DNA of 63,458 nt, counting the filler, from Sphacelaria rigidula (lineage: Eukaryota): assembly GCA_964200075.2 (NCBI GenBank). It is 6 parts of 6 records of this genome, joined end to end, with 100 filler letters (N's around TTAATTAATTAA, not from the genome) between each part and the next. Parts side by side here need not be neighbours in the genome. Positions count along the whole stretch, not along the records: positions 31,782 to 42,274 come from CAXNAA020006398.1; positions 42,375 to 52,866 come from CAXNAA020006399.1; 4 more parts are not named here. The stretch is one strand, 5' to 3'. Below the pieces are notes generated by a model. It saw only the letters and a program-made list of their open reading frames with translations, made no database searches and was not told the DNA's origin. This document shows positions 37,113 to 50,452 of the stretch, piece after piece (position 1 is the first letter of the stretch; every line of letters begins with the position of its first letter). The position numbers and the translations under genes are program-made.

Positions 37113-40100
37113 TCATGTGGTACGGTGGGGATTTCGCCGCATACCTGGTTAGCAGATACTGACTGAGCCCCATAGACAATTGTTTGGGCATATCACTAGT
37201 GTTGTGAGGGGGCAGACACGGCTTGCACCGAAGCATCAAGACCCGGTTTTTGAGTTTGACGCCAGGTTCATCCGTGTGAAAATCCAAATACAAAAGCTTC
37301 TCACCTACTGGTTTATCGTCAGGTGCGGTATCACAGGGCCCAACTGCCAAAATCTTCCAAGAACCAGTCCAATTCAAGCAAAGCTTTGACTTCAACACCT
37401 TGTCCGACGACGACTTAGCAGAGCTGGCACCTTGGGTTACAGTTCTCACATCGTTATACACCCATGCTCATTCACCTACTTTCCACACCGGACGGTTGTT
37501 CACTGCATAATCCAACACGCTGTTTGCCTCAGCTACCTTTGCTGCGTTGATCAAGTTCTGCTCCCGTACCACCTCATATGTAAGACAAAGACGATTACTA
37601 ACAGACATATGATACTCCACAATATCCCGATCCAAACTCTGATGACCACCAGGGGGTTTCCTGTCGAACACTGTCAATGACAACCTGGGCATACGACCAA
37701 TATGAACTTCATTGGGAGCCAAGCCTGTGGCGGCATTGACGGAGTTGTTGTAGTTCATTTAGACAAGGGGTAAGTGCAGGTCACAGTCCGTTTGTCGCTC
37801 ATTGGTCACTGTGGCAAGCATTTGCGCCATCGTGTGATTAACTCGTTCGGTCCCACCGATTGTGGACGGATGGTATGAACTAGGAAATATACGATGGGCA
37901 CCCAGGAGATTACTGATTGCGGCAGAAAAATTTCCGGCAAAAGATGAGCCGTTGTCGGATAACAAACGTTTGGGGACACCCCACTGAGGGATGTATGTGT
38001 ACAGAAGAACGTTGACAGTCCGTTCTGCACTATAGTTGGCCTCCGAAACAGCATTCATCACAGCATGTCGACTGAAACGATCCGTCATTGACAAAATGTA
38101 CTTGTTACCACTATCAGTGAGGGGCAGGGGGCCAAAGTAGTCCCATAAAACTGTTTCACCAGGCCCATTGGGGAGGGGCATAGAGATTACCGGCCATCTA
38201 ACTGTTTGACGCGAAGTTTTGCGTGCTTGGCAAAGAAGACACCGCCGAACCCACCAACGCACACATTGATCCATACAAATCCACCAAAAAAAACGCTGAA
38301 GCATCTGGGAGGTCCTAGCGACGCCTAGATGTGTGGATGCTTGTGAGTGGCATTCATGGAGAACCCATGGACGCAGAAGCGTCGGAACATAAATACGTAC
38401 GGGGGCATCACCCAACAAACGGGCGTGACTACTTGTAGATTTCCCTCCAGGAGGGTTCGTGGGGGCCGGTGAACTAAAAGAACAATGCCATCATCATCCG
38501 TATAAAGCATGCCTTCACGCGATAATTCAGTAACTTCATCCTGTGTGGGGGCTCGGTGGGGCCCTCCTGGCAAAAGGAACTCAGTTTCTGGAAAGGGGGA
38601 GGGGCATCCTTTGGATAGACAACGTATAGCTGCTCTACAAGCAGGTTCAGCTTGCTGTTCCCGGGCCCAATCGGCGTGAGAAAAGAGGGTCAGTTCCTTG
38701 AATACGCTGTCGGAGGGGTTGTCCAAAACGCAGGGGATCGAATCGCTGTGGGATGGACACGAGGCGGTATATGGATCAAGGTCAGAGGGGGTGGTCAGTG
38801 TATTCTCAAACGGAACGTTCACCTCTATTCCTACGTTGTGGAGGGTGTCGGATGGTGTGGTACCGGGGGTGGTACCATCACGGGGTGGAGGAGGCACAGT
38901 CGAGGTCTCGACTATGGTGGGCAGAGGTGGTTTGGAAGGTGTCGATTTTCTGAGGGCTTTGCGCCGTGGAGGTAACGGGGGCGCAAGGAGGCTATCGGGG
39001 ACTGGAATGGGGTTGGGGATTGGGAGGTCCGGGCCGGCTGTTGCCAGGGCGGCAGCCGTTTCCGCGGCCCGGCGTCCTCGGGTCCCGCTCGAGATGAGGT
39101 CTCGGACTTGAACCGGGAGGACGTAGTCAGTAGAAACCGTCTCTATAGTGCAAACCATCCCATGACCAGACGCACGAAATTGATCATACCCGCCGGTAGT
39201 TGCACGAATTTCACTCCTAACTGAACACAACGATCGTGGGGCCAAACTGCCCAATACAGAAGCGTGAGCCGAAGGCGTCAGCTTATTTTCAAGAAGTGCC
39301 GAGTTGTGGTTCAGTGAGAATGGCCTAGGAACTCGATGCGCGTGGCTCCAATGCGGGATTTTGATGGGGCGAGCTTCAAATTGTGTTGTTCAAAACGAGC
39401 AAAGAAGGACGCCAAATGTTCGACGTGTTCAGCAGGTGTACTACCGTGAACCCCCGCATCGTCGTGGTACATGCGGCATTTGGACAGTCCATCAATGACG
39501 CGAAACATCACATGTTGAAACGCTCCTGGGGCGCCGGCGGCACCTTGTGGAGTGACCAGCCACTCATATCAACCTGACGGGGTGCAAAACGCCGTCAGCT
39601 CGATAGAGTGCGGATCCATTACCAGTTGGTGGTAACCGGACTGCATGTCGAAGTTCGAAAAAACTTTGCCCCCGCCGAGGCAGTCGATGATTTCATCTCT
39701 CCGGGGAAGAGGTAGACGTGCGATTTTGGTGACTGCGTTCAATCGTTGATAATTGACGATCAGTCTGACTTTACCATTCTTCTTCCGGACGACTACCAAA
39801 GGCGACGCCCACGGAGACGTTGAGTGCCGTATTAACCCGGCGGACAAGTATTCGTCGAGAGTTACTTGAATTTTAACCGCTAGAAGAGGGTTTGTACGGC
39901 ACGGACGCATGGCGATAGGTGTCGTACCATCAGAAATGTTGATTTCGAACGGTATAGTGTTGCAGCGGCCTGAACCTGTTGACGATTTGGAGAACCGTTC
40001 AGAGTATCTTATCAAGATGGAGCGCAACCGATCAATCACCGTGGGTGTCCAACCCTCACCAGATAAATCAAACGCAATGTGTCTCAAATGGGGGGAATTC

Positions 40101-42274
40101 CATCCCACAATCGTAGAAAACTAACACGTTGCTCTGGCGAGAATGTATCTAGTAAGGCAGTCGGAGGGGTTGTGTCAGGCGTATCAGTCGATCCGTCTAC
40201 AACCATGGGGGCAGTCTTGTCGAACGAAGTGGAACCGTTCGTCTCTGACCTGTCTGATGATGTTTGCGGTGGCACCTTCAGACATGCATTCGACAAGGCT
40301 ACCCGTAGGAGGGGCGCTTGAGCAAAACCCAACAACTGACCAGGGAGGACATCGAGACATGCAGAGGACGTGAGGGGAATGGATTGCCGACCCTCATGGA
40401 CAAATACATCGGTCTGTTAAAAGGGGGGAATACTCTCTGGGGTCTGGTTGGGATTTGTGAAGTCGACCAAGTACTGTCCAGTGAGGGCGGGGGGTCCGTT
40501 CCGTCTCACAAGATCCACATGGATGTGTTGAGGTTCACGAGACAGAGAGACGACGTGGTCTCCAACATAATACAGTCGAAAAGCATCACCTGTTTGTGTT
40601 GGGTCATCGACATAGGCCTGAGCCCCTGGATCAGCGTCGTGATGTCCCAATTTCAATCTGCCTGTCAGTGGTCGGTTCAAAACAGGCGAGTTTGCCGTGT
40701 ATGTATGTGTGGAAAAACGTAGCCTACTATCACGTCTCAAGAGAACATCAACCGGCATGGAACCATCGGCACAATGACTGCTCACACAGCTAATCGTGCA
40801 GTGGGACCCGTGTCATCGAAGAATTGCACACTGAGTCGTACTGATTGATCAACCGTAAGGGGAGTGGAGGCACCAAACCCGCCAAAAACACGAGGTGGAA
40901 CACTAGAAAGGCAATGTTTGTCTGCTGCTCCAGCGTTCATCATGTGCTGCCAGCAGCTGGCTGTGATGAAAGTTTGTGGCGAGCCAGTGTCGGGGAGGGC
41001 AACGACCATTAAAGGGCGTGTAGCATGCACTCCACTATGTATACCTATTCGGGTTGTGAAGGAGGCGTCATCCATGAGTGCAGTTCCACTTACCAAGTCC
41101 GGTCCGTATTCCGACAAGTGTTCTACAGCCACATCGCTTTTGTGTTGTTGGGTAATGGTACTTAAATAGACTCGAGATTGATCCTCCGGAACGAATGTGT
41201 TTTCCGAAGGGCCGTCGTGGCACGAGGGGTTTTGCAGGGCGTGTGGTGCAGTAGACGAAAGTTGGATTTCGTACACAGTCAGGGATGGACGACGCCTAGG
41301 AAAGGAAGTGGATGTGGATATGTGCAATAATTGTTTGAAGCTATGAGAAACAGGGGAGAAACAGCCCTGATTGGACTGCTATTTCGACGGCACAGCCGGG
41401 TTTTGTCCGGCACCATGAGACATACAAGGAGGGCGTAGCGGGTTTACTGTCCCAACAGTTGTCAACGCTACTTTATTCTTCAACATAGATTCCGAGGGGT
41501 CGGCAGGAAGCGGTGCTGATCTGTTCGGGATCTGGAAAACACCGACCTGTTCTACGACAAGGCCTTGATCCGCTGTGCCCGGCACCCAGGCACCTTCTTG
41601 GTGGGCGGATGCAGCGGCAACTACAGGTGTATTTACAGTGTAATCCGGAAGAGCCTTCTCCTGGTGTCGCGTATAGCGTACTCTAGAGCCGGCTGTTCCA
41701 GGGGCTTTTGGGAAGTTGGCAAGATCAGTCCGTTCGTGGCTACACGCGTGGCGCTTGGTCGGCACTGTCACTTGGGGTTCCTTCCCAACCCGCCGAGCTA
41801 CGGAAAGCAAGGGTTCGGAACTGGCGCGCGTAGTGCACGAAACATTACGCTCACCAAATAAAAGGGGACCGGGCACACGCGGAATTTCGCACGCATGTGT
41901 TGCCGTGTTCGACTGAACTCCTGAGTCCTTCTCGGGGCTGGGGAGTCTCTGTAAACGTTTAATCCTACGATGAACGGTGGTAGGGGTAACAGCCACCATA
42001 TCAGAAGATGTTCCTGCTTCTAAGGCGGTAGGCGCTATGCTACACGACGCCGGTTCCGCGGGGCGATCGGATCCAACTGGCATAGATTACTACCACTCGG
42101 AAATACAACTGGGTGATCAGATCCAGTATGAAAACACTGGGGTTGGTCATTGCGCATTTTGGAGTCATGCAATGACTCATGCCGAGATAGCCCCCCCCAC
42201 AAAAATGCACTGGAGAGCGTCCGACAAACCGGCTACGATCCCATTATTGGGCTCGTTTGCAGCAATTTCGCCCA
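37113..42274 (-). mobile_element. Ty3/gypsy LTR retrotransposon, decayed pol, RNase H deleted, 3'-truncated
   Basis: Protease ALPDTGSPQTFI (~40990); RT PWASPLVVVRKKNGKVRLIVNYQRLN, FDMQSGYHQ, YHDD, EFLGH (39320-39960); integrase HHCC (HECH..HLGVAR..CLLCQ) and core DYFGPLP, TDRFSR, LLSDNGSSF, YHPST.GGTER (37760-38420). Multiple stops and frameshifts. Confidence 0.96.
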
Positions 42275-42374
42275 NNNNNNNNNNNNNNNNNNNNNNNNNN
42301 NNNNNNNNNNNNNNNNNNTTAATTAATTAANNNNNNNNNNNNNNNNNNNNNNNNNNNNNNNNNNNNNNNNNNNN
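42275..42374. other. Artificial contig-joining spacer
   Basis: Same 100-bp structure. Confidence 0.99.
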
Positions 42375-43346
42375 CTGACCTACTTTTTCTCTATCGTGAG
42401 ACTGCACGCGTTGAGCACCCACATTGTGGAAAGAAAGTTGTGTTTAGCTAAAAAAATGCCAACGAATGCAATAATAGAATCGAAAATCAAATCGAACACC
42501 GTTAAGGGCTCGTATAACCATAACGGACTTTACTTATGGGACAGAGGAAGTAGAACAGAAACTGGAGTATTACCGGGCAGCCTGACCTCTGCGAAGCTGA
42601 GTACTGCGACTATGGTATGTCGGGAGAAGTAGCAAAGGTCTCAAACTGTTGTAGAATTTTCCCGAGAAAGACGTCAAGCTCTCCGTCCAGAGTAGTCACG
42701 CAGCGATCCTGTTCGCCCGTATAGCATTATTTCGCCATTTGTTGGGGCCCGTGACCCGTTGGGTTCCGTTGGAGTCTGTGCAACTGTTCCAGAACAGAAG
42801 TATGTAAGATATCATAATCAGTCTTCATGTTGTGCCGTGGGGTAGCGACCAGTTGTACATCCCGATGGGATCTGGTTTGTGTGCGAAGGATTTCTCCAGT
42901 CAGCAGATCGAGGCAGAGGACATGTTTAAGGTCCTCTGTGTCATGTTATTCCGTGCAATGCCGTGGAGGGTGAGTTTTGAGGGGCGGAGAGTGGTCAATA
43001 GTGGGCATAATTCGGGAAAAAAGGAGATGAAGATATAATGTGGTGATGGGTCGTCCCACCCCATTCTCGGACGAAAGGAGGCCTCCTCCGCAGCCCTTGT
43101 TGCCAGCGGAGCGGAACCAGCGGAGCGGAACAGTTGCCCCATGGGCGCGCCTAAACGTTTATCGAAGTCGATTCCCGTGCGCTGCCTAGGCCGTAGTCGT
43201 CTCACCTTCGCTCCAGGAGTAGACTCAGATCGACATCAGAGAACCACGCGCAGAGCCCTTACCTGTGTTTTGCTACTACCCGTTCGGGGTCAAAAGGAAG
43301 TGGATCGACCCGCCGTTGTCTATTGCCCTTTTTTTTGTCACGGTAG

Positions 43347-46300
43347 CCTCCTCGCCCCCCTATCCTTTGGACAAGTCCGTGCTGTTGAAGGTGTTACGGG
43401 ATGAAGCCATCTCACCTCACGTCCTCACGTCTTCGACGGTGCGAATCATCCTATACTATACTATATACTATGTCGTTCTGTCCGACCACTTTTTGTTTTC
43501 TTTTTGTTCCTTTTTTTTTCTACCTTAGAGCGTGTTTGAGTTTGTTTTTTGTTGGGTACGTACGTCTATCATGAGACTAGGGCTGGACCGCGGGGGGTCA
43601 GTTAAAGTGCGACAATCAATCAAATCAATCAATCATACTATATAGTATAGTATAGTATACTATATACTATGGTCCGAAGGGAACAAGAAGGCATCTGACA
43701 TCATGCAGGAATCGAACCGCTGTCCTCTCCACCTTAGCGGTGACCGTCTGACTACTATTCTCACTATTGGACCCCCGGGGCGCGGCTGCTGTTATGATGA
43801 GGCTCGAACGACGAAGCTCGGCGCAACGTTTCGATTATGGGTAGAGTTGTGAAGAGGTTTGGCTTATCAATTAACTGGTTGCAGAAGATTACAACCAGTT
43901 ACAGTTACCAGTTAAAACTGGATAACTGGTGTCGAACCCGTCTCGCGACTCCGCCAGCGTTGCCTGGTGAGGTAACGCAGCGGAGTCGCCTAAACGCCCC
44001 CCCCCCGGCTACTGAGGGGCCCCCGGCGGAGGCAAGAAAATTTCACCATTTGGCTTCACATCTCTTCAAAATCGCGGGAAATTCTAGCTGCCTAGCGCCA
44101 GAAATTCGAGCACGTAATCAGTGCACGAACGTATACATGCATGGGAGAAAAACAAATGTCACTGAACTTTGCGACGTGAATTAATAAAAACGAAGCGGTA
44201 AGACAGTAGTGGACCATACATACCGTCTAGGTATAAGCGCTGTGCGGTCATGTTGTCGCCCGTGTAACAGCATCCCCGCTGTCATCGTAGTACGACAATA
44301 CTTCGGAAATATTGACATGAGTATGACACATATTTACACTAAACGCTTTGGAGTATGACACATATGTCGGGTGAAATAACTGGTTCAACCGGTTACGAAA
44401 CCGGTCAGTTAACCAGTTGTACCAGTTAACTGTGACTGACCAGTTAAACTGGCAGCCAGTCCACAACTCTAATTATGGGGTGAAATTTTGACGCCAGATA
44501 CACAACAGTTGGGTCTATTCATCTCCCGGAGTTGGGGTAAGACAAAATCATACTAGAAGAAGATCGCTTTGACAGGGTAGACCTACGTGTTGTTCCTCTC
44601 GTGTCAATTTTTCGCCCCGAGTTTCGAAAACTTGCAGCACGCACGGCCATGGCTGTCCACCTGTGGCGACGGAGTCTTGGCCGGCCCAGCTCGTCATATT
44701 CCGGACATTTTTATTTTGTCATGTGCCGGAGATGTCAGTTTACCTTCCCGTAATGTGAAATCTATCGTGCGCGGGTTTACACCACTGCCCGATTGGCGTC
44801 GCTTTCGTGCTGTCGTCAATGACGTTGTATAGACAATTCGGCCCCACGTGTGTTTTCAACTCAATGAAACCCCCGATCATTTCGTATTGCGTTTGAGCTT
44901 GTTTCATGTCATCAGATGAAGATTATGAGCTGATTTCAATGAAGGTCAAATTTACTGGATGGTCTTGAGCACAATATTCTGAACATAGTTTTCCATAGTG
45001 CCTACAGTGGAGCGTCTAATTGTTTTTCGCGGAATGTCTACTGATTCAAGAGTTGTCGACCCTTTTGCAACGCTGTTCTCCGTGCTCTTGTTTCTCACTT
45101 GGTTTGATCTGAACGCGTTTGCAGCGGGTCGTGGAAGAGGCGAAGGGGGAGGAATCCTTGGAAGCTCTCAGACTCATTGAAAATAGCGTCATGGCTGGTT
45201 TCCAGGTAAAGATATCTCGACGTTTCCTTTATGACGACGAAGGCTTGTTCATCACCCATTCTCTCTGGATTTTACAGCCACCATGAGTTGCTGTGTGTAT
45301 TTTTTCGTTTCTAAGGGTTCGAGTCGGGTACCCTACCTCACACTGCCGGGACTGCCAGGGTATTCCTAGGGTCGGGTACCGCAGGGTACTTGGGGCATCG
45401 ACTGCGGCAGATGCGGAGTATTCAAGCGTGTCCGGAGCTTCCCCCAATCAGATTGTTATTTTTCCAAGTTCTCTCATTCATCACAGTTCAAGCGGTGGGC
45501 CAGGCGGTGCGACATGCGCGTGTTGTGAATGACAGTAGGTTGGGTCCCGAGGTACTATGGCCTCCCCTGTTTGATACCTAGTTTCCAGTCCGTTTTAGCA
45601 CGATGGGTAAGGTCGAACAACTGCACCAGTTGCCGAAGAAATGTCGACTATCTTGTGTAGAATGGAACGAGTTGCAGACGTCAAGGGGGTTGCTGACTCT
45701 CTGGCTCTCTGAATATGCCCCACCGCAGTACATACACGACTGGGTTCACTTCGAACGTGATTTCGAGCCAGCTATCTACGGTATCTACGGTATCCTTTGC
45801 CCCCGACTTCAAATTCAACGTATAGGAGCCAGCTAGTACTGCCCACTAAACGAACGTGATACCTGTGAATAATTCACTGAGCATTTCGTACGCTATAACT
45901 GGCGCGGACCCCCCTCCCTCGCGGGTGCGCATATCCTGCGCTTGTGTCTGTGATGTCTTGTTGATACTACACACGACAGCTGGCTACCATGGCAGGCCCT
46001 TTGGCTGGCGAGGAAATGCACAACCTCTGTTTTCTCCTGGAGACGGTCGAAATCACGGAAGACTGTCTCACGGCGGGCCCCTTATCGTCCGCCATACCAC
46101 CCCTTCCGTCGGTGACAGACCGTCATTCCCCGAAAGGAACCTTGTTTGTTGGACACAGATTTGTACCGGGGGCTCCATTTCCATCTCCTGCTCTAGATGT
46201 TGCAGGGGCGGGTGGGCGTGATGGTGATGGTGGTGAGGATGGGGATGGTCTGGGTGGGACTAGTGGGAAGGGCAGCGCTAAGGGCGGGCAAAGGACACAG

Positions 46301-47981
46301 GTGAGCACATTTTTTGTAGAAGTACATGGGCAGTTGGTCTTCGTTTGTGTTTGTGTTGAGATAATCCCCCACCCCTGGCATGTCTACTGTTATTCCATAC
46401 CAGTATGTGCTCACCATAGTCGAGATTTCTCTTTCCTTCTGTGCATATTTAGAGTATCATACATACCCCCGCCCTACTTCTTGGCTCTGCATGCGGTGGT
46501 TCCCGAATAAGTACCCGTGTCACATTGTCCCGCTTTCTGCGCTCATCACTTATTTTTTTCGTGGGTATACAGCAGCAGCAGCCGCCGCAGCGTAGGTTCG
46601 GGCCTCTATCTGGACAGATAATTTCCGTCGTGCGGATGGGCTGCAGGGCCAGCATGCTCTGTTGTCCAGTTCGTCTGGTGGAAGCTTTTTACCGCTGCAG
46701 GTGAATACATTTCATTTCAAGTGGTGAAGTAACTGTAGCTACCGCACGTCGGAGTCGACGGGCCGCGGTAGAGTAGTGTAAAGCAGTGCAGTGCTGATGG
46801 GCACATATGCCAATGGTCGATGACGCTGTACGAGGCAGCTGTCGAGCGAGACATGGATTGGTCCCGCGAGATTACGGAATCACGAGCATGAAGAGGTGGT
46901 ATGGAGGGGGAGTACGATGAAGGATATGAAAAAGAAGGTTCTGAAATGTTAATGGAAGGAGTGGTACGTACCGCAATATCATCCAAGGCCTGCGTTACGT
47001 GTTTCTTCGCGTAGTACGCAGCAATGTAGTCCAGTCAGCCATTCGACGTGAAAAATCCGTCGTTGTTCTGCTTGCCATGTGTGCATGTAAACAAACAGAA
47101 GGAGGGTCTCTGCTGCTGTTTGGTCGTCTGCAAGTTCTTGCACTAAGCAATGATGGATTGTGTGCGTAGGGTGGGAACAGCGTATCACCCTGTCACACTC
47201 ATGTATATTGTAGTGCTATCGTATCATCTCTCTTCCTTTCTTTAGGTGTACACTTTTGACAGATCTGGCGTTTGTTGTTTGTTTGTTTTTATTTATTTCT
47301 TTTCTCTCCCCGTTGAACTCGGGGGAGCTACTTCTCACCGGTTTTCGTGGCGTCGCTCTTCTCATTCTTTCTTTATTTTGGTAATGTGTCTGGTGAGGTG
47401 AGAATAGCAAGGACGGTATTGGAAAGGCGAGCCTACGTCTGTGACCACGGGTTCGCGAGATCAGACTAATGTGCGATAATAATAATAGTAATAATCATGA
47501 CCTCTAGGCTTGTACATGGCCGCTTCGCTAATTGTCCATTTCGTTGTTCGGTACGTTCGCAGCGGTTGGGTTCCATGGATATTTGCTTGGAGATCTTGCC
47601 TAAGATTGATCTGGACATGTTTCGCTGCCCGACTTCAGGAATCGCCGCCTTTTCCCCGATTTGGTTTCCCCCAGAACATACCCTCATCGGAATCTTTGGT
47701 CCGTGACGACTCAGGTGTCTTTGACCACGCGAAACGCCATTCGAATATTATGGGAACTGGATCCGAAGATTGCTCCAGAAATGGATTTGCGACAAGCCGA
47801 TGTATCTGACTACCCCCCGGTGAATTTTTCTTCCAATCGATCGTCGTGGTTCTCTGTCGCGCACGCGTGTGCGTCTTCCGTCAGCCTACAATGCGATCAG
47901 CTCCAGCTGGGTAACATGTACGGCGTGCTTTCCAGAAGGCGCGGAAGGGTTCTGGACGAAGACTTGGTGGAAGGCACGCAG
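43347..47981 (+). CDS. EFL1: Elongation factor-like GTPase 1 (EFL1/Ria1/EFTUD1), internal exons of domains IV-V; join(43347..43438 [less certain],45125..45205,45980..46300,46573..46700,47885..47981)
   Basis: The spliced peptide reads ...IENSVMAGFQ|LATMAGPLAGEEMHNLCFLLETVEI...(Gly-rich insert)...|QQQPPQRRFGPLSGQIISVVRMGCRASMLCCPVRLVEAFYRC|SLQCDQLQLGNMYGVLSRRRGRVLDEDLVEGTQ. This matches the EF-2 family motifs GFQLATxxGP, GPxSGQ, RLxExxYxC and LGxxYxVLSxRxGRV. The domain-IV insertion is typical of EFL1. All borders are AG/GT with consistent phases. Confidence 0.88.
43670..43785 (-). mobile_element. tRNA-derived SINE head
   Basis: Canonical B-box GGTTCGATTCC on the minus strand (43708-43718), next to a (TATAG)n tract. 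Confidence 0.45.
43842..44471. mobile_element. Non-autonomous hAT element (MITE), inside an EFL1 intron if exon 43347-43438 is real
   Basis: TIR TAGAGTTGTG...CACAACTCTA, perfect 8-bp TSD ATTATGGG on both sides, and subterminal AACTGG/CCAGTT repeats. Confidence 0.9.
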
Positions 47982-50031
47982 GTAGACGCTTACTGTAACG
48001 TTTGCGGAGCAGACGTGGTCTCCTTCACTGTGTGGTCTGGTGTACAAGTAGAGGGCGTAGGGTCATGTCCTCATCCGTTTTTTTTGTAGATGGAGTATGA
48101 CTGCGTGTGCCGTTGTGCAAGACCATTCCCACCTGAAGCCGTGTTGCACAGGCCGGACACTTCCACTTTTTGTTTTCTCGCCTTTTTTTCTTTCAGTTTA
48201 CTCTATACGTCTCTTCCGCTTTTCTGATCTGTTTTCTTCACTTTTCTTCAGATGAGGTCTTCCGTTTTGTTTTCTCTCTCGCGTATGTCTATCATATCCA
48301 TCATGTTTATCATGTCTATCATCTGGATCATGACCACGGCTGGATCATGACTCCTGGAGGATCACTTGGTGCGCATCAATCAATCTATCAATCAATTTAT
48401 CAATCAGTTTGGCACTGGTTTGAGCTAATCGGACTATACGGGTAAAGCGCGGGCACCACCATACTGCTGTCAAAGCTATGTCCTGGTCAATTCGATACTT
48501 TTGGGGGTGAATACACTAATATTTTCGCCGATAAAACGGCGATGAAGCTTCGCTCTACTCAGTGCAGTTGTAGGCAGTCTCTTCTCCGAACTACCGATCT
48601 CGACAACAGACATCAAGTGATCCTCCATCCTGCATTGCGCGTACTTTTTTTGAGGAGTTTTTGGCCGTTATTGCCATTGTTCTTATTATCGTGTAGTGAA
48701 GAGTCTGAGGTCTCGCCGCAGTGCAATCAGGCCTGCTTGGTTACTGACTGCACTGCTCGTGTGGTGGAAGTGTGCTGTTTTTTAATCGAGACACTCTCAA
48801 ACCACGCGATATTCCTTTCAAGTATTTGCAAAGGGTGCAGTTCTGGATGTGATATTTACAGTTGTCATGGTCCGACTTGCGAAATGTGTGCTTCTATGGA
48901 GTCGTGTAAGCAAATGCTTCGGGTATACCCTGGAAGTTTGGGGCCACTCACGTGAGGGATATGGTGCCATTCCTCCGCCCGTTTGTTAGGTTATTTCTCG
49001 GCAAGTACTTGATGTGTGTCGTTGCAAAACGCGGAACGTAGTCACGGCGGTGTTTCATCACCTCAAGCCACCGAGTGTCGTTCGTGCACGTTGAGACGAG
49101 CAAGCGAGCACACCGGGGAACAAGTCAAACGGAAACTCCTCACGAAGCACTGTTTCATTGGTCGTTTTCCGTGTGCCAACTCGTGAAATTTCAGCAGGTT
49201 TTCGTGGAAGGATCTTGTTTCCCTGTGTGTTACCTGTAAGCTCAACACGAGCGTCGGACAAAGATGACCCATTCTGGGGGTTACAGGTTTCATGACTGTC
49301 GCTAGATGGATGCAGCAGAGAAGCAACTAACGGGACAAATTGTGATTTCACTTTTCACGGTGTTCATCGTTACATCTACATTGACATGTTTCTCACCCGT
49401 CACTTTGCGGTCCGAGAGAAATGTCCACGCGTTTTCTGCTCAACCATGGATGACACATGCGCAGCATGTTCACACATACATTAGCCGTGAGGAACTGCGC
49501 GATCGTTCCGCTTTGGGCCCTCCCTGGCTGACTTACTCGCATATGATTGGCCTAAGGGAACGCCAGGATACACGCGCGTACGTAATATGACCTTTTCCGG
49601 GTTGCTATTCCGCAGGCTTTGATAGTCAGCATCTAGACACTGAGGAGGGTCTGGGACAACATATCTCTCCATAGTGCAGCATTGGTACCCCGTGCAGACA
49701 GAGAAAGAGTAGCCGGCGCACGGAGCTCTCTTGTGCGAAATGTTGCAGCGAAGTCGCTTGAGCTGTTGGGAGCCATCGGCAAGCGCAAACAGAATCCTCC
49801 GCGCACATGATCCATGAGCTCACACTGCCTAGGCTACGGACACGTTGAGTAACAAAGGGTATTACCCGCCTGGCGTCGCATTTGCAGCTCGTTGCAGTGG
49901 AACGAGGGAAAATAACAAGCCGCGCGTTTAGTGTTGATGGGGGGCGCCTTCGTGCAACATGTTTCCGCGGCTGCCGTCCGAAACTTCTCTCAGTCCCCCG
50001 CACGACCAGCCAAGCAGACTCTGCGTTACAG

Positions 50032-50452
50032 TGTTAAGCGGGATCTACCCTCTTGGTGCAAGCCGATCGGGTCAGAGGTCAGATACTTCCAAGGCCAACA
50101 TTGGCAGTTCTGTCCTCACAAAGGATTGGGTTACAGACGTGTCCAAATCAACGAACACCACAATAGCTTTACGCAGTAAGCTATACCCACTTGATGCGAA
50201 GACTCTTGTTCACTCGTATTCGTTATCACTCCTTTTAATGCTCTCTCAGCTGCTCTCTCAGCTGCTCTCTGGCTATAGCTTTTGCTCAGCAGTGCTCCAC
50301 CTTAGCGAGTGACTGAAGTGGGTCAGAAAGAGTCCTGCCTTGATGTTTTATCAGTCTCATACTCATCCTAGTTCAGGCTTGATCAGACCCACAGCTGTAA
50401 AATCCGAAATTTGAACATAACGCCTCCTAGCTTCATAACATCTGCTCCCCCC
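50032..50452 (-). mobile_element. 3' LTR (50032-50440) with polypurine tract
   Basis: On the minus strand GGGGGGAGCAGA (PPT-like) immediately precedes TGTTATGAAG...CTTAACA. Confidence 0.55.

Noticed and set aside
33603..42083. Numerous antisense ORFs over the copia and gypsy elements
   Set aside because: They are shadow ORFs of GC-rich retroelement coding sequence.
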